A DNA stretch of 55,075 bases from Promethearchaeota archaeon (GCA_048938025.1 JBHLMP010000022.1:1-55075); one strand, 5' to 3'. Counted from the stretch's first letter, positions 31,008-42,085 are shown. The notes: generated from the sequence alone by a model not told the origin. Translations and numbers: made by a program.

Positions 31008-32159
31008 ATGTTAAGTATTACACGTAATTCAAAAAACAAATCTTTTCAATTGCCAATATTAGGATATTTGGGGTATATTATCACTAAATTTTTTCATTCA
31101 TGTACACCGTTTACTTTTATTCATGAAAGATTTGAAACTTTGACATTATGTAATGAAATTCGTAAATTGGAAATAAATAAACCTATTTACATTACTGGGC
31201 TTGCTCGTGCAGGAACTACCATTATGCTGGAAATGTTGAGTAAACACCCAGATTTAGCAACACATCAATATAAGAATCTTCTTATACCATATATCCCTAA
31301 TTGGATGTATAAAATTTCCAATAAAGTTAAGTTTTATTCAAAACCTACTGAAAGGATTCATAAGGATGGTATAATAATTACGAGTGATAGTCCCGAAGCA
31401 GTGGAGGAGATTTTCTGGAGAAAATATTTTAAGCACATAAATACTGAAAATTCTTCACATTTAATTAATGGAAACACTATAAACCCCAAATTTGAAAGAT
31501 TTTATATAAATCATATACGAAAACTCTTAATTGCCCAAAATCGTCCTCGTTATTTAGCAAAAAATAATTATAATATCACTAGATTGGAGTATTTATTGCG
31601 ACTTTTTCCATCTGCCAAATTTTTGTTAATAGTTCGTAATCCAGTCAATCATATTGCTTCTTTAATCAAACAAACAAAGCTTTTCATGAAGATGGAAAAA
31701 GATATTCCTCTTTTACAAGACTGGTTGAAAATTCTGGGACACCAAGAATTTGGTCATCGTCGCATTTGCATAAATGTAAATAACACCGAACTAATTCATA
31801 AAATCCGTAAATTGTGGAGCAATAAAAAAACATATGTAAAAGGATGGGCATATTACTGGGTATCTATTTACGATTTTATTGCCGAAAATCTTAAAGTAAA
31901 TGAAAATCTAAGAAAAGCAACTTTTATAGTTAATTATGATAAATTATGCGAAAAGCCAGCAGATATTATTGATGGAATACTTGAACATACTGAACTACCA
32001 TTAGATAAATTTCTGAAAGTTAGAGAATATTATATCAGGCATTTACATAAACCTACTTATTATTCTCCTGACTTTTCTGAACAAGAACTCTCAGATATTT
32101 ACGAAATTACAAAAGATACAGCTTCCCGATTTGGATTAAAAAATCCTTCAGGTAATTAA
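31008..32159 (+). CDS. PAPS-dependent sulfotransferase family protein
   Basis: PIYITGLARAGTT (5'-PSB loop), IVRNP...IAS (3'-PB), YDKLCEKP. Confidence 0.85.
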   Translation: MLSITRNSKNKSFQLPILGYLGYIITKFFHSCTPFTFIHERFETLTLCNEIRKLEINKPIYITGLARAGTTIMLEMLSKHPDLATHQYKNLLIPYIPNWMYKISNKVKFYSKPTERIHKDGIIITSDSPEAVEEIFWRKYFKHINTENSSHLINGNTINPKFERFYINHIRKLLIAQNRPRYLAKNNYNITRLEYLLRLFPSAKFLLIVRNPVNHIASLIKQTKLFMKMEKDIPLLQDWLKILGHQEFGHRRICINVNNTELIHKIRKLWSNKKTYVKGWAYYWVSIYDFIAENLKVNENLRKATFIVNYDKLCEKPADIIDGILEHTELPLDKFLKVREYYIRHLHKPTYYSPDFSEQELSDIYEITKDTASRFGLKNPSGN

Positions 32160-32894
32160 TTGTTTTAAAGTTACAAATTCCGCGTTTCTAGCTGACCATT
32201 CCTCAATAAACCCTCGTAATCTTTTTAAAAATGTTTTTCCTGTATGAAGCCAACGATCTGGTCTAAAGAACATATTTTTAAATATTTCTGACTTACTTAC
32301 ATTCTTACGAATTAAAGTTTTCATATTAATTGCTTCACACGGATGAAAATATAATATAAGTAATTCATTTTTAAAGATCTTCCGTTTTAGAAAAGGATAA
32401 GGTAATCTCAAATAGATACTATATTTTGAAGGGTGAAATTCTTGAATTTTCTTGTTATCTATTTGGTAATGTGATAATTTTTTGGGTGATACAATCGAGG
32501 AATCGTATCTAAATCCTAAATTACTTAATATTTCGAATAAAAATTTTGATGGTTTTAAATAAGGAGCTCGAAAACCAATAATCTCTGAATTCTGACAAGT
32601 TATTTCTAGAATCTTTTTATTTTGATAAATTACATCTTGACATTTAATAAAATCTAATTGATTTAATCGTTCATGATTTAAGCCATGACAAGCAATTTCA
32701 TGACCTTTTTGCTCAATTAGTCTAATAATTTCTGGTAGATGCTTAACAACATTTCCAGTGCAAAAAAAAGTCCCCTTGATATTAAAATTATTTAAGATAT
32801 CCAATATTTTTAATAATCCAATTTCCACGCCAAAATATGTATTTAAAACATTTGGAAGATCCCTTTCAATATCAAAAGTCAATGCAATCTTCAT
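32148..32894 (-). CDS. Polysaccharide deacetylase (NodB/CE4-like)
   Basis: LTFDIE, HEIACHGLNH, GFRAPY, YDSS, YFHP. Confidence 0.88.
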   Translation of the reverse strand: MKIALTFDIERDLPNVLNTYFGVEIGLLKILDILNNFNIKGTFFCTGNVVKHLPEIIRLIEQKGHEIACHGLNHERLNQLDFIKCQDVIYQNKKILEITCQNSEIIGFRAPYLKPSKFLFEILSNLGFRYDSSIVSPKKLSHYQIDNKKIQEFHPSKYSIYLRLPYPFLKRKIFKNELLILYFHPCEAINMKTLIRKNVSKSEIFKNMFFRPDRWLHTGKTFLKRLRGFIEEWSARNAEFVTLKQLIT

Positions 32895-33025
32895 AATTAG
32901 CGCAGTAGTCTTTAAGATATAATATAAACTAATTTTATTTGTATTAAATTTTATTTAAAAGCATAAAACTGATAAATTTATTATTAATTTCAATATTTAA
33001 TTTCAGAAAAGTAGATTAAAAAACA

Positions 33026-34138
33026 ATGCGATTGTTAATATTAGGTGCAGGGATTACTGGGTGCACATTGGCAAGGCTGATGAAAAATAAAGATTATATT
33101 GTTTCAATTAAGGAAAAACAAGATCATATTGGAGGATTATGTTATACAAAGACAAGTCCTAATGGAATTCTATATGAACCCTATGGTGGACATGCATTTC
33201 ACACTAAAGATAGTCGTATTAAAAAGTTTGTTCTTAATTTCTCAGAGTTTAATAATTATATTCACCGAAAGGGGATTTTTATCAATAATGTATTACGTCA
33301 TTTTCCTCTCAGTAAGAAAACCATTCTTGAGATGGAAAGGTGTGAAAAAATACTCAAGGAACTAGAAGAACGACCAACTACTCCTGATTTAACTAATTTT
33401 GAAACTTTCGCAATTTCTCAATTTGGTAATACTTTATATAAATTATTTATATATAATTATTCTAAGAAAATGTGGGGTGTAGAACCCAAAGAGTTAACAA
33501 CTGAATATATTAAAAATCGTATAACACTAAAAGATTCTAATACTCAGTTATTCGAAGATAAATTTCAAGGGCTACCGGTTAAAGGATATACAGCATTCCT
33601 TAGAAATATGATAGATGGCATCCCTATTGAATTAAATACTAGTGAATTTGATAAGTCTTTATACGATCTCATTTTATACTCTGGTCGAATAGATGAGCTT
33701 TTTAAATTTAAATTTGGAAATTTACAATTTAGGTCTTTACGATTTGATTATAAGGAAAACGAGGTTTGGGAAAATGATAATTATGGTTCAATTAACCTTC
33801 CTCAACATGCGAAATATATACGAAAAGTAAATTTTAAAATTATGTATCAACAGAAAATAAATAAATCATGGATTCAATATCAAGAACCCATATCATTCAA
33901 TAATAATATACCAATGTATCCTATATATACTAAACAAAATATTGAATTATTTGACAAATATCTTATTGAAGCTTGCAAGTCTGATAAAATTATTCCTGTT
34001 GGTCGTTTGGGATTATATAAATATTTAGAAATGGGACAAGCTATTTCTTTAGCAATGAATATGATTCCCCTAATCGAAAATTGGAAAAGATTAAGCCCTA
34101 AAAATAGATTTCTTGAAATTAAAAAGATAATAGGGTAA
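33026..34138 (+). CDS. glf: UDP-galactopyranose mutase
   Basis: GAGITG, HIGGLCY, YGGHAFH, YSKKMWG, FQGLPVKGYT, PMYP, GRLGLYKYLEM. Confidence 0.85.
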   Translation: MRLLILGAGITGCTLARLMKNKDYIVSIKEKQDHIGGLCYTKTSPNGILYEPYGGHAFHTKDSRIKKFVLNFSEFNNYIHRKGIFINNVLRHFPLSKKTILEMERCEKILKELEERPTTPDLTNFETFAISQFGNTLYKLFIYNYSKKMWGVEPKELTTEYIKNRITLKDSNTQLFEDKFQGLPVKGYTAFLRNMIDGIPIELNTSEFDKSLYDLILYSGRIDELFKFKFGNLQFRSLRFDYKENEVWENDNYGSINLPQHAKYIRKVNFKIMYQQKINKSWIQYQEPISFNNNIPMYPIYTKQNIELFDKYLIEACKSDKIIPVGRLGLYKYLEMGQAISLAMNMIPLIENWKRLSPKNRFLEIKKIIG

Positions 34139-34153
34139 TGAGCCCAGGAAAAG

Positions 34154-34924
34154 TTATATTTGCTTCTTCCAATCGATATCTTTTGCTAAATTATAAAAAA
34201 TGTCTTTCTTTTTATGATATTGGGCAATACGTCCTAAACTACGACGTGTGCTTAAAAATCTTCCGCTAGTTAATACTGAAACAAAATTTAAGGTTTTAAT
34301 TTTGCCCTTTTTCATAATTCTACTTAGATATATTAATGAATCTGAAAAAACCTTGTCAATCCCTATTAATTTTTCCGGTAGTTCCTTAAATCCACCAACT
34401 TTAGAAAATATATCTCTTCTAACAATTATATTGCAACCTATAAGTTCAGGATATCCAAGTAAAGTTTTAAAAAAATAATACAAATGCATACTAAAGTTAA
34501 GAAAAAAATAGACTGTTATAGTATATGTCTGAGAACCCAATTTAATTGAAATGGCCCTCCCATCATAATATTTTACTCTGGCACTACAAGCAAGAAGATC
34601 ATTATGTTTCCCAAAGATTCTATAAATCTTTTGTAAGAAATATGGATCTATTATCGTGTCTGCATCTAAAAATATTAGTAAATCACCAGAAGTCTTAGGT
34701 ACAACGTAATTTAATTGAAAGTTTTTACCCTTTTTGGGGGATTTATACACTTTCGCAAATTTTTTGGCAATAGAAACGGTTTTATCAGAACTTTGCCCAT
34801 CAACTACAATAATTTCATAATGAATGTCGCAATTTTGCTTTTTAATAGCTGTTAATGTGTCTTGTATGTTAGGCTCCTCGTTATAAGTAGGGATAATAAC
34901 AGAAATTTTTGGTTTATAATTCAT
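34154..34924 (-). CDS. Glycosyltransferase family 2
   Basis: SVIIPTYNEE, VVDGQSSD, FLDAD, GGF. Confidence 0.9.
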   Translation of the reverse strand: MNYKPKISVIIPTYNEEPNIQDTLTAIKKQNCDIHYEIIVVDGQSSDKTVSIAKKFAKVYKSPKKGKNFQLNYVVPKTSGDLLIFLDADTIIDPYFLQKIYRIFGKHNDLLACSARVKYYDGRAISIKLGSQTYTITVYFFLNFSMHLYYFFKTLLGYPELIGCNIIVRRDIFSKVGGFKELPEKLIGIDKVFSDSLIYLSRIMKKGKIKTLNFVSVLTSGRFLSTRRSLGRIAQYHKKKDIFYNLAKDIDWKKQI

Positions 34925-35043
34925 TTTATTTTTATCTATAATAATTGAGAATAGAAAATCTATTTATTATTCAAAAATGATTTTTTATTATTCTATAAAA
35001 GTTTCAAAAAGATTAAAAAATTAATTGATTATGGAATAAGAGA

Positions 35044-36159
35044 ATGTCTGAAGTCTCTGGAAAAGTGAAATTTTTTACAAAAGGTTTCATATTTTCATTT
35101 ATTTTTTTACTCTTTAGTTCAACAATTATCATTTTGCTTATAATAAATAGAATTTTTTTTTCAATTTCATGGATCGATTCAATTTATAGATATATAACAC
35201 CAATATTATCAAAAATTTTCTATAAATATAATATCTATGTCTATGGTGGAATTTTAATAGCTTTTGTGTTGCTACTTCCTTTATTTGTTCTAGGATATAA
35301 TATAGCAAAAACGAAACAATTGACTGGGTCAATAATGTATCTTTTTAGTTTATTAGGATTCGTCATTATCATTTTCATAGCATCTTATTATACTTATTTT
35401 AGTATCTTATTTATCAAAGATTTAACTCTCAATGTGAGATTATTGCTATTCTTACTTTTTTTGCCAATTAATTTTCCATTGAGTCTAATTTTGTTTTTAG
35501 TAAATATAGATTTCGCAATATTTTTTAAGGATTTAATTAAAGCACGGAAAATTTGGAAACATAAAAGACCTAAATTTGAAATCGAAGTAAAAGGTAAAAT
35601 AACTAATATCAACATAGAAACGGAGCAACATATTTTCACTCCTGTACCAATGTTAATTATAGCAAAATACCTTCAGACTAAGGGTTATTCTGTATCGTGG
35701 TTTGTAAGAGGCGCTTTTAATCATTTAATATCATTAGTTATCACCTATTTAACAGGATGGCCACGAGCAAGAAACGTATTATTTCGACTTACCGGAATGA
35801 AAATAGGTAAAAATTGCCATATTTCTCAAAAAGCAATACCGGATCCACTCTTACCTGAATTAATTGAATTTGAAGATGGTAGTGGCTGTGGTATTGGAGC
35901 AAAATTATTAACCCATAATGCTATGAATATTAACCATGGAAGCTTCAGTTTTGGTCCAATTAAAATTTGTAAAAATGCAAGAATAGGAGCATACTCACTT
36001 GTATTACCTGGAGTTACTATTGGTGAAGGATCAATTATTGGAGCACATTCCGTAGTAGCAGATGACATTCCCCCATATTCCATTGCACATGGTTCACCGG
36101 CTAAAGTTGTGCGGTCTTTAACTGAAGATGAAAAAAAAGAGGTAAATAAAGAATATTAG
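35044..36159 (+). CDS. Membrane-anchored hexapeptide-repeat (left-handed beta-helix) acyltransferase
   Basis: About four N-terminal TM helices, GMKIGKN, IGAYSLVLPGVTIGEGSIIGAHSVVADDIP...GSPAKV. Confidence 0.85.
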   Translation: MSEVSGKVKFFTKGFIFSFIFLLFSSTIIILLIINRIFFSISWIDSIYRYITPILSKIFYKYNIYVYGGILIAFVLLLPLFVLGYNIAKTKQLTGSIMYLFSLLGFVIIIFIASYYTYFSILFIKDLTLNVRLLLFLLFLPINFPLSLILFLVNIDFAIFFKDLIKARKIWKHKRPKFEIEVKGKITNINIETEQHIFTPVPMLIIAKYLQTKGYSVSWFVRGAFNHLISLVITYLTGWPRARNVLFRLTGMKIGKNCHISQKAIPDPLLPELIEFEDGSGCGIGAKLLTHNAMNINHGSFSFGPIKICKNARIGAYSLVLPGVTIGEGSIIGAHSVVADDIPPYSIAHGSPAKVVRSLTEDEKKEVNKEY

Positions 36160-36231
36160 TTTTTTAAATAATAAAGCTAAGGATAAAATTTTTTAATTAG
36201 ATTTAACAAATTATAGAATGGGTAATTTAGT

Positions 36232-37416
36232 TTGGCGTCTGAAATTATACTTAATGATTTAAGAAATGAAGTAGAAGCAACTTCTAATGATTGTAAACTA
36301 TATAAACAAATCTGTGAAGAAAAAGAATATGATTTTGATCAGACAATCAAAGGATCAAACCTTGATGAAGTACCTTATGTAAATTGGAATTATTTTAAAG
36401 AATCAAATAAAAGATTTCAGGAATTATTACGAATTCCTTATAATAAATTATCGTATTGGACAATTAGTTCATCCACGTCTGGAGATCCAAGTTTAGTAGG
36501 GAGAGGAGCTGAAGACATTGAAGTATTTAAAAATAATTATAGAAAAGTATTTGAAGAATATTCAAGAATGCGCTCAGTTGAACGTTTAATCTTATTTGCG
36601 CCATCACTTGAATTTATGAATAAAATGCCGGGGACTTGGTTAGGAAAACGAGGTTTTCTTTTTTATCGAGATATTACAGATATTTGGAAGCATTATGAGA
36701 TAAACTATTTACTGAAATTCAAAGTTTGGAAGGTTCTTTTTTACTTAATTACTCATTTTAAGGCAAAAGCATTTATCGAAATAAATGGAAAATTAATGGT
36801 GAAAAGTCTTAAAGAGGTAGAACACCAGCAAATCCCTACATTAATTGCTAATTCAGTTCCTCTAATATATCAAAATTTTGTAGATTATCACAAGAAACAT
36901 AAAAAAGGTTTTAATATGCCCAAAACTTTCAGGATTCAACTTGGAGGTGGAGGATGGAACGGTATAAAGGGGAGAGTAAAACTTGAGCATAAAATAGATA
37001 AAGTGGACTTTATGGAAAAGATATCTAGTTTTTTTAACATCCCATATGATAATATTACAGATAATTATGGTGCTACTGAAGTTCCAATTGCCTGTGGTGG
37101 TCATTGGAGTAAGAATTATGAGGATTTTCTTTTTCATATTGATAAAGATGAAGCTTCTTTAATCATCCGTGATATAGAAACCCTCGAAAGAATTAAAAAA
37201 ACAAATGAACCCGGTATAATAGAGGTATTAACCCCTTACGGTGTCAAATCTTATGCTGGTGTTGCTGTCATGCTTGATGATATAGTAGAAATAGTAGATT
37301 TTAATAAATGTGTTGAATGTGGTAGAGAAGGTATAGTATTCAGAATAACGGGAAGAATGACACCAGAAATTGGAAAAGGATGTAGTTCTTTTACGAATTT
37401 GTTCCCTTTTAAATAA
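36232..37416 (+). CDS. LuxE-like acyl-protein synthetase (ANL superfamily)
   Basis: SSSTSGDPS, GGGGWNG, DNYGATE, DD, FRITGR...KGCS with LuxE-type C-terminal Cys. Confidence 0.75.
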   Translation: MASEIILNDLRNEVEATSNDCKLYKQICEEKEYDFDQTIKGSNLDEVPYVNWNYFKESNKRFQELLRIPYNKLSYWTISSSTSGDPSLVGRGAEDIEVFKNNYRKVFEEYSRMRSVERLILFAPSLEFMNKMPGTWLGKRGFLFYRDITDIWKHYEINYLLKFKVWKVLFYLITHFKAKAFIEINGKLMVKSLKEVEHQQIPTLIANSVPLIYQNFVDYHKKHKKGFNMPKTFRIQLGGGGWNGIKGRVKLEHKIDKVDFMEKISSFFNIPYDNITDNYGATEVPIACGGHWSKNYEDFLFHIDKDEASLIIRDIETLERIKKTNEPGIIEVLTPYGVKSYAGVAVMLDDIVEIVDFNKCVECGREGIVFRITGRMTPEIGKGCSSFTNLFPFK

Positions 37417-37524
37417 ACTCTTAAGTTCTTGAAAACCTTTTTATGTAAAATTTAAGAAAATAAATATAGAAATACCTAAATTTATAGTCTAATAGCAATA
37501 CAAAAGTCAGTAAATAGAATCAAT

Positions 37525-38379
37525 ATGTTTGATAATAATTCTAATTCTTGGATAAAGAAATTAATTATTCTTTTCATATTTATAGGAGTAATAATGTTAA
37601 CTGCTGAAGTAGATTGGGCTGCGGAGCATCCTGACGTAGGAATTGCTGTACGATTAATATGGTTAATTAGTTTATTAAGTTTAGGTTTAATTTTACCCAT
37701 TCTATTTATGTATTTTGCAGGAAATGAAGAGAGCGAAAGAGGAGAATCTGATAAAAAGTGGTTTTTAATTGCAATTATTCTATTCTTGATCGCTAATGGG
37801 ATACCAGTTATATTTTACGTCATACTTGAAATCTCACCTGGTTTTTTCTTATATCTCCAAATAATTTTGTTTGGGTTAATTCCGGCTTTTTTTCATCAGC
37901 CAAAAAAAATGAACTATCGAATTCTAATATTAGTTATTCTTTTTGGAGCAATTATTATCCCCTTAGGAGTTTTAGTCAATTTGACAATTAATGATATCTG
38001 GTATAAGGGAGTAGTTGATAAAACTATGTACTATTTATCCTTTTGGGGATTGGTAATGACCTTTTTCTATCTTATTGTTGCGATTGGCTGGAAATTGGGT
38101 GGTGGCACTAAAAGGCAAAGTTGGAATATATTCGTAGCTGGCACTCTTTTACAATATAGCACTCTTGAAGATTTCTTATATTTCTTATTAAATGGAAAAC
38201 CGCTTCCTGGTAATTGGCCTTGGATGAGTGATTTTGTTATTAATCTAGAGGTTTTATTTGGGCATATTCCTACTGATTTAGATCTTCTCATATTTTGTCT
38301 AATAATTAGTATAATAGCGCTATTTATTCTTTTTGATGGTCATGGATACATATGGACAAAAATTAGAGAAAAACGATAA
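37525..38379 (+). CDS. Hypothetical polytopic membrane protein
   Basis: About eight hydrophobic segments; conserved-looking LEDFLYF...P.NWPWM. Confidence 0.7.
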   Translation: MFDNNSNSWIKKLIILFIFIGVIMLTAEVDWAAEHPDVGIAVRLIWLISLLSLGLILPILFMYFAGNEESERGESDKKWFLIAIILFLIANGIPVIFYVILEISPGFFLYLQIILFGLIPAFFHQPKKMNYRILILVILFGAIIIPLGVLVNLTINDIWYKGVVDKTMYYLSFWGLVMTFFYLIVAIGWKLGGGTKRQSWNIFVAGTLLQYSTLEDFLYFLLNGKPLPGNWPWMSDFVINLEVLFGHIPTDLDLLIFCLIISIIALFILFDGHGYIWTKIREKR

Positions 38380-38397
38380 TAAAAATAAGTGGAGAAA

Positions 38398-39693
38398 TTA
38401 GTGAAGCCAATCTATTATTGAAGAACAACTTCTACCTTGAGCATCAGTTAATCGACCAATTACTCTAAATGTAGCACCTTCATAACCACATTCTGGACAT
38501 TTCTTTTTTGAAATAAGCTCTACAATATCGTCAACAAGTACTGCCTGATTTATGCTACCATTTACACCATATGGAGTAATCACTTCGAGTAAACCTTCCA
38601 TACCATCATTTACAGGTTCTAATTTATCTAGATCTCTTACTATTATCCTAGTGGTATCAGGGCAATGTAACAAGAAATCTTGATATTTTTCAGACCAATG
38701 TCCTCCAAAGAGAGTCGGACTCTCTGTAAATGCATAAATATCAGCAATATCTTTCGATTTAATGTTAAAAACTCTTTCATAATTTTCAATAAATCTAACT
38801 TTTTCTACTGCGTCTAACTTTGCTTCACCCTTAACGCCATCCCATCCTCCACCACCGCAACCAACGAAAGCTACTCCATCAAGATCAAAAGAAACATTTT
38901 CTTTTAATAGTCTTTTCTCAAACATGTTATTCATTAAAAGTGGGCTCCCGCCAAATATAATTTTACTCACTTCTAATCCTTTCCAATGTCCTGTTTTCAG
39001 AATTGTTTTAACCATTTTCAACATTTTGCTTACATCTAAAATAAAACCCCCTCTTATTGAAAGAGATGAAAGTATTGCCCAGATTGTTTTTAAAATTTTT
39101 CCTTTTACCATATATTCCTCATGCCCATAGTATTCCCAAGGTTTGTTCATACATGCTGTGAAATAGCGTGTTTTTTTAACATATTCAAAACCTTTAGCGT
39201 TTTTTCTTGCCATAAATGACATCATCAAACGATTTGGGGCAAAATTAAAAACAAGACATCGCTTGGATCCAAGTTTTAAATCTTTCCATCTAAAAAACTC
39301 TGTGAAAACTTTAATTGAATTATATTGGATCTGGTCAAAATCATCTAATGTTCGAGGAACAAGTGAGGGGTCCCCCGTGGTAGAAGATGAACATGAAAAT
39401 AATACAATTTTATCAAGAGGTGCTTTTAATAGTTGTAATGTTCGATCTTCTGATTTCTTATAAATATTAGTTGGAGTATATGGGATAATATCTAAATTTT
39501 CGATTATTAAATTATCTGGAATTGTAAAATCGAACTTCTTACAAAAATTTTTTCTGTAATAATTACAGTTATTATAGGAAACTTTTATTTGCTCCAATAA
39601 ATCTTTACAAAATTTTTCATCTGGATAAAGATTAGGTTTAAAATCAAAATATTTCGTTTGTAATTCTTCAGGTAGATAATCATGAACTACCAA
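38398..39693 (-). CDS. LuxE-like acyl-protein synthetase, second paralogue
   Basis: SSSTTGDPS, GGGGWDG, DIYAFTE, FRVIGR...RSCS. Confidence 0.75.
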   Translation of the reverse strand: MVVHDYLPEELQTKYFDFKPNLYPDEKFCKDLLEQIKVSYNNCNYYRKNFCKKFDFTIPDNLIIENLDIIPYTPTNIYKKSEDRTLQLLKAPLDKIVLFSCSSSTTGDPSLVPRTLDDFDQIQYNSIKVFTEFFRWKDLKLGSKRCLVFNFAPNRLMMSFMARKNAKGFEYVKKTRYFTACMNKPWEYYGHEEYMVKGKILKTIWAILSSLSIRGGFILDVSKMLKMVKTILKTGHWKGLEVSKIIFGGSPLLMNNMFEKRLLKENVSFDLDGVAFVGCGGGGWDGVKGEAKLDAVEKVRFIENYERVFNIKSKDIADIYAFTESPTLFGGHWSEKYQDFLLHCPDTTRIIVRDLDKLEPVNDGMEGLLEVITPYGVNGSINQAVLVDDIVELISKKKCPECGYEGATFRVIGRLTDAQGRSCSSIIDWLH

Positions 39694-39792
39694 ATAAAAA
39701 ACCGATCTCTGTAATTCTTTGTATTAATTTAAAGAATTAATGTTAAATAATTAAATCTTATCTGATATTTACCAAAAAAAAAAGAAATTAAA

Positions 39793-41157
39793 TTATATTT
39801 TAGATAAGGCTACTATTTCTGCTTCTTCTTTTTCGAAAAACATTGGAGTTTTTTCCCAACTTAAATCTTTAGGAAGTCTAAATTGACGTAAAAACATATA
39901 AAGATGAATAAAGCCACTTATAGGAAAAAATAACAAAAGGCTATAATGCTTATCACAGTATTTTCGTACCGCATTAAACATAAATCCAAATTGAAAGATC
40001 AGGCAGAAAAGGGTCCAAATAAGTAAATAAAATTCTCCAATCATTAAATAAAATATGGCAAAACCAATAATAATAGGAATCCATGTATCTAAGTTTGCTA
40101 TAACCATCATTGTCATATTTCTGGAGATAATTAGTGATTTTCCATTCTTTTTTTCACTTTTCATTTGCATTAATTGAGGCATATCAAAAATGAATCCTGC
40201 TAACCAGCGGGTTCGTTGTTTTACTAAAATATCCCAAGTATTTGGTACATATTCATAAATTTTTGCTTTGGGCGAAAAGTAAATTTTTACTCCATCCAAA
40301 TTTAATAACACAGATAGATATAGATCTTCTGTCATTGAATCTTCATTAAAACCTCCATATTTCAGAAGATGTCTTGTTCTTACGGCAAAATTTCGACCAA
40401 ATGAATAAGCTGATGACCCTAATCTATTTTTTATTTCAAATAATAACCCTCCTCCAGAAACAATAGAATAATCAAGAAAGATACCTTTAGTTAATTTATT
40501 ATCTTTCCAATTTTTAACTAAAACAGGACCTATTACTGCATTATATCTATCATCTTGAAATGGTGAGATTAAATGTTTTAATGTATCTGGTTGTAAAATA
40601 CAACCTGCATCATAAAGGACAACAATATCATTTTTTACATATTTTAAGCCATAATTCAGAGCTGGAGGTTTTCCCTTTTTAGGAAGATCCTCTGATAACA
40701 CTTCTATATCTATTGTGTTGTGCTCTTTTGCAAAATTTCTACAAAAACCTGATGTATCATCTGATGATCCACTTGTAATTACAATTATTTGGATGTTTTC
40801 CTTAGGATAATTTGATTCAATAATCGAGTTCAAAGTCCTTTCAATTAGTATTCTTTCATTTTTACACGCAATTAATATACTTATCTTTGCATAGTAAGGT
40901 GTTTTGGTTCGATAACCTCTACCAAATGACGCTAAGAAATGGATTCCATAAAAAATTATAAAACCTAGCAACATTATTAGGCCAATTAATGGAAAAATAA
41001 ACCACCAATAAGTTAAAGGGCTAAGAATGAACCTGTCAATCGCTCTTTTTACTCCAGATGACCAGAAAGGTGCTAAATACATGTGAAATAGCACAAAAAA
41101 TATTACCCATACAGAACCAAATAATAAATATCTTGAGATTTTCATATTTTCATTCAC
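39793..41157 (-). CDS. Membrane GT2 glycosyltransferase (D,D,D,QxxRW type)
   Basis: GKPPALN, YDAG, TED, QRTRW, flanking TM helices. Confidence 0.88.
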   Translation of the reverse strand: MNENMKISRYLLFGSVWVIFFVLFHMYLAPFWSSGVKRAIDRFILSPLTYWWFIFPLIGLIMLLGFIIFYGIHFLASFGRGYRTKTPYYAKISILIACKNERILIERTLNSIIESNYPKENIQIIVITSGSSDDTSGFCRNFAKEHNTIDIEVLSEDLPKKGKPPALNYGLKYVKNDIVVLYDAGCILQPDTLKHLISPFQDDRYNAVIGPVLVKNWKDNKLTKGIFLDYSIVSGGGLLFEIKNRLGSSAYSFGRNFAVRTRHLLKYGGFNEDSMTEDLYLSVLLNLDGVKIYFSPKAKIYEYVPNTWDILVKQRTRWLAGFIFDMPQLMQMKSEKKNGKSLIISRNMTMMVIANLDTWIPIIIGFAIFYLMIGEFYLLIWTLFCLIFQFGFMFNAVRKYCDKHYSLLLFFPISGFIHLYMFLRQFRLPKDLSWEKTPMFFEKEEAEIVALSKI

Positions 41158-42085
41158 CTATATTTTTATCCAATTTTTTTAAATTTTTCCAAATATAGCT
41201 GGCAAAAAGAATCACCGAAAGAGTCATAATGCCTAAAAGACTGATTTGATAAATCAACATTGTCCAATCTACTATCCACTCGTGCGATGCAGACCATATT
41301 TCAGTAGCATCGGGATTAATTAAATGGGTTATTAATACAGTAAGACTAGAGGAACCATAGAGTGCAAAAAATGTAGTAATTAATAATATTCGTGTTATTC
41401 TCTCACCAATAAATGGTTTTGTTTCATGTAAACCTAAACCTTCATGTCTTGCTCTCATATACTCATAAATAAAAATTAGTAAGATATTGGTCCAAACCAT
41501 CCATGAAAAATTAAATCCATTCGATAAAACCACTAAATTAGTAGGAACTAAACATACTAACATTAATGTATCACTTACTCTATCAATCACATTATCTAGC
41601 CAAGCACCACTTTTAGATTTGATATCCAATAACCTTGCGATTGCTCCATCAATCCCATCGATAACTCCTGTAACTAGTACTAAAGCAGCAAGTGCAAAAA
41701 ACAAAGAGCCATAACCTAGTTGGTCAGAAAACAAGTCTAATCTGTGCCCCCTACTAGCTATTATAACACCATAAAATATGAGAAATGATAAAATTAAATT
41801 CATAAAAGATACCATGTTTGGAGTTAAGCCCCATTTGATAAAGATTTTTGCTCCGTGATATGTTATTGGCATATAAATTTTTCCAGCTGGATCCTTTTTC
41901 ATTTGTGCAAATTGTTCTTCTAACTTGTGGGCTTGTCCATGATCGCCAAGCCAATCTTTTATAAATTCATCCAAGCTCATAAATTCTTGTTTCGGTTTTT
42001 TATTAGTGAGTCCAATAATGAAAATAATTAATAGGATCCCAAGTAAGACTAGCGGAAATACTATATCAAATATTATTTTTGTCAT
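41150..42085 (-). CDS. CDP-alcohol phosphatidyltransferase
   Basis: TPN and DGIDGAIAR...GAWLDNVIDRVSD signature; overlaps the GT2 start by 8 nt. Confidence 0.9.
   Translation of the reverse strand: MTKIIFDIVFPLVLLGILLIIFIIGLTNKKPKQEFMSLDEFIKDWLGDHGQAHKLEEQFAQMKKDPAGKIYMPITYHGAKIFIKWGLTPNMVSFMNLILSFLIFYGVIIASRGHRLDLFSDQLGYGSLFFALAALVLVTGVIDGIDGAIARLLDIKSKSGAWLDNVIDRVSDTLMLVCLVPTNLVVLSNGFNFSWMVWTNILLIFIYEYMRARHEGLGLHETKPFIGERITRILLITTFFALYGSSSLTVLITHLINPDATEIWSASHEWIVDWTMLIYQISLLGIMTLSVILFASYIWKNLKKLDKNIGE

Noticed and set aside
36232-39693. Bioluminescence (lux) operon
   Set aside because: No luxA/B/C/D/G homologues in the window; the context is lipid and glycan enzymes.
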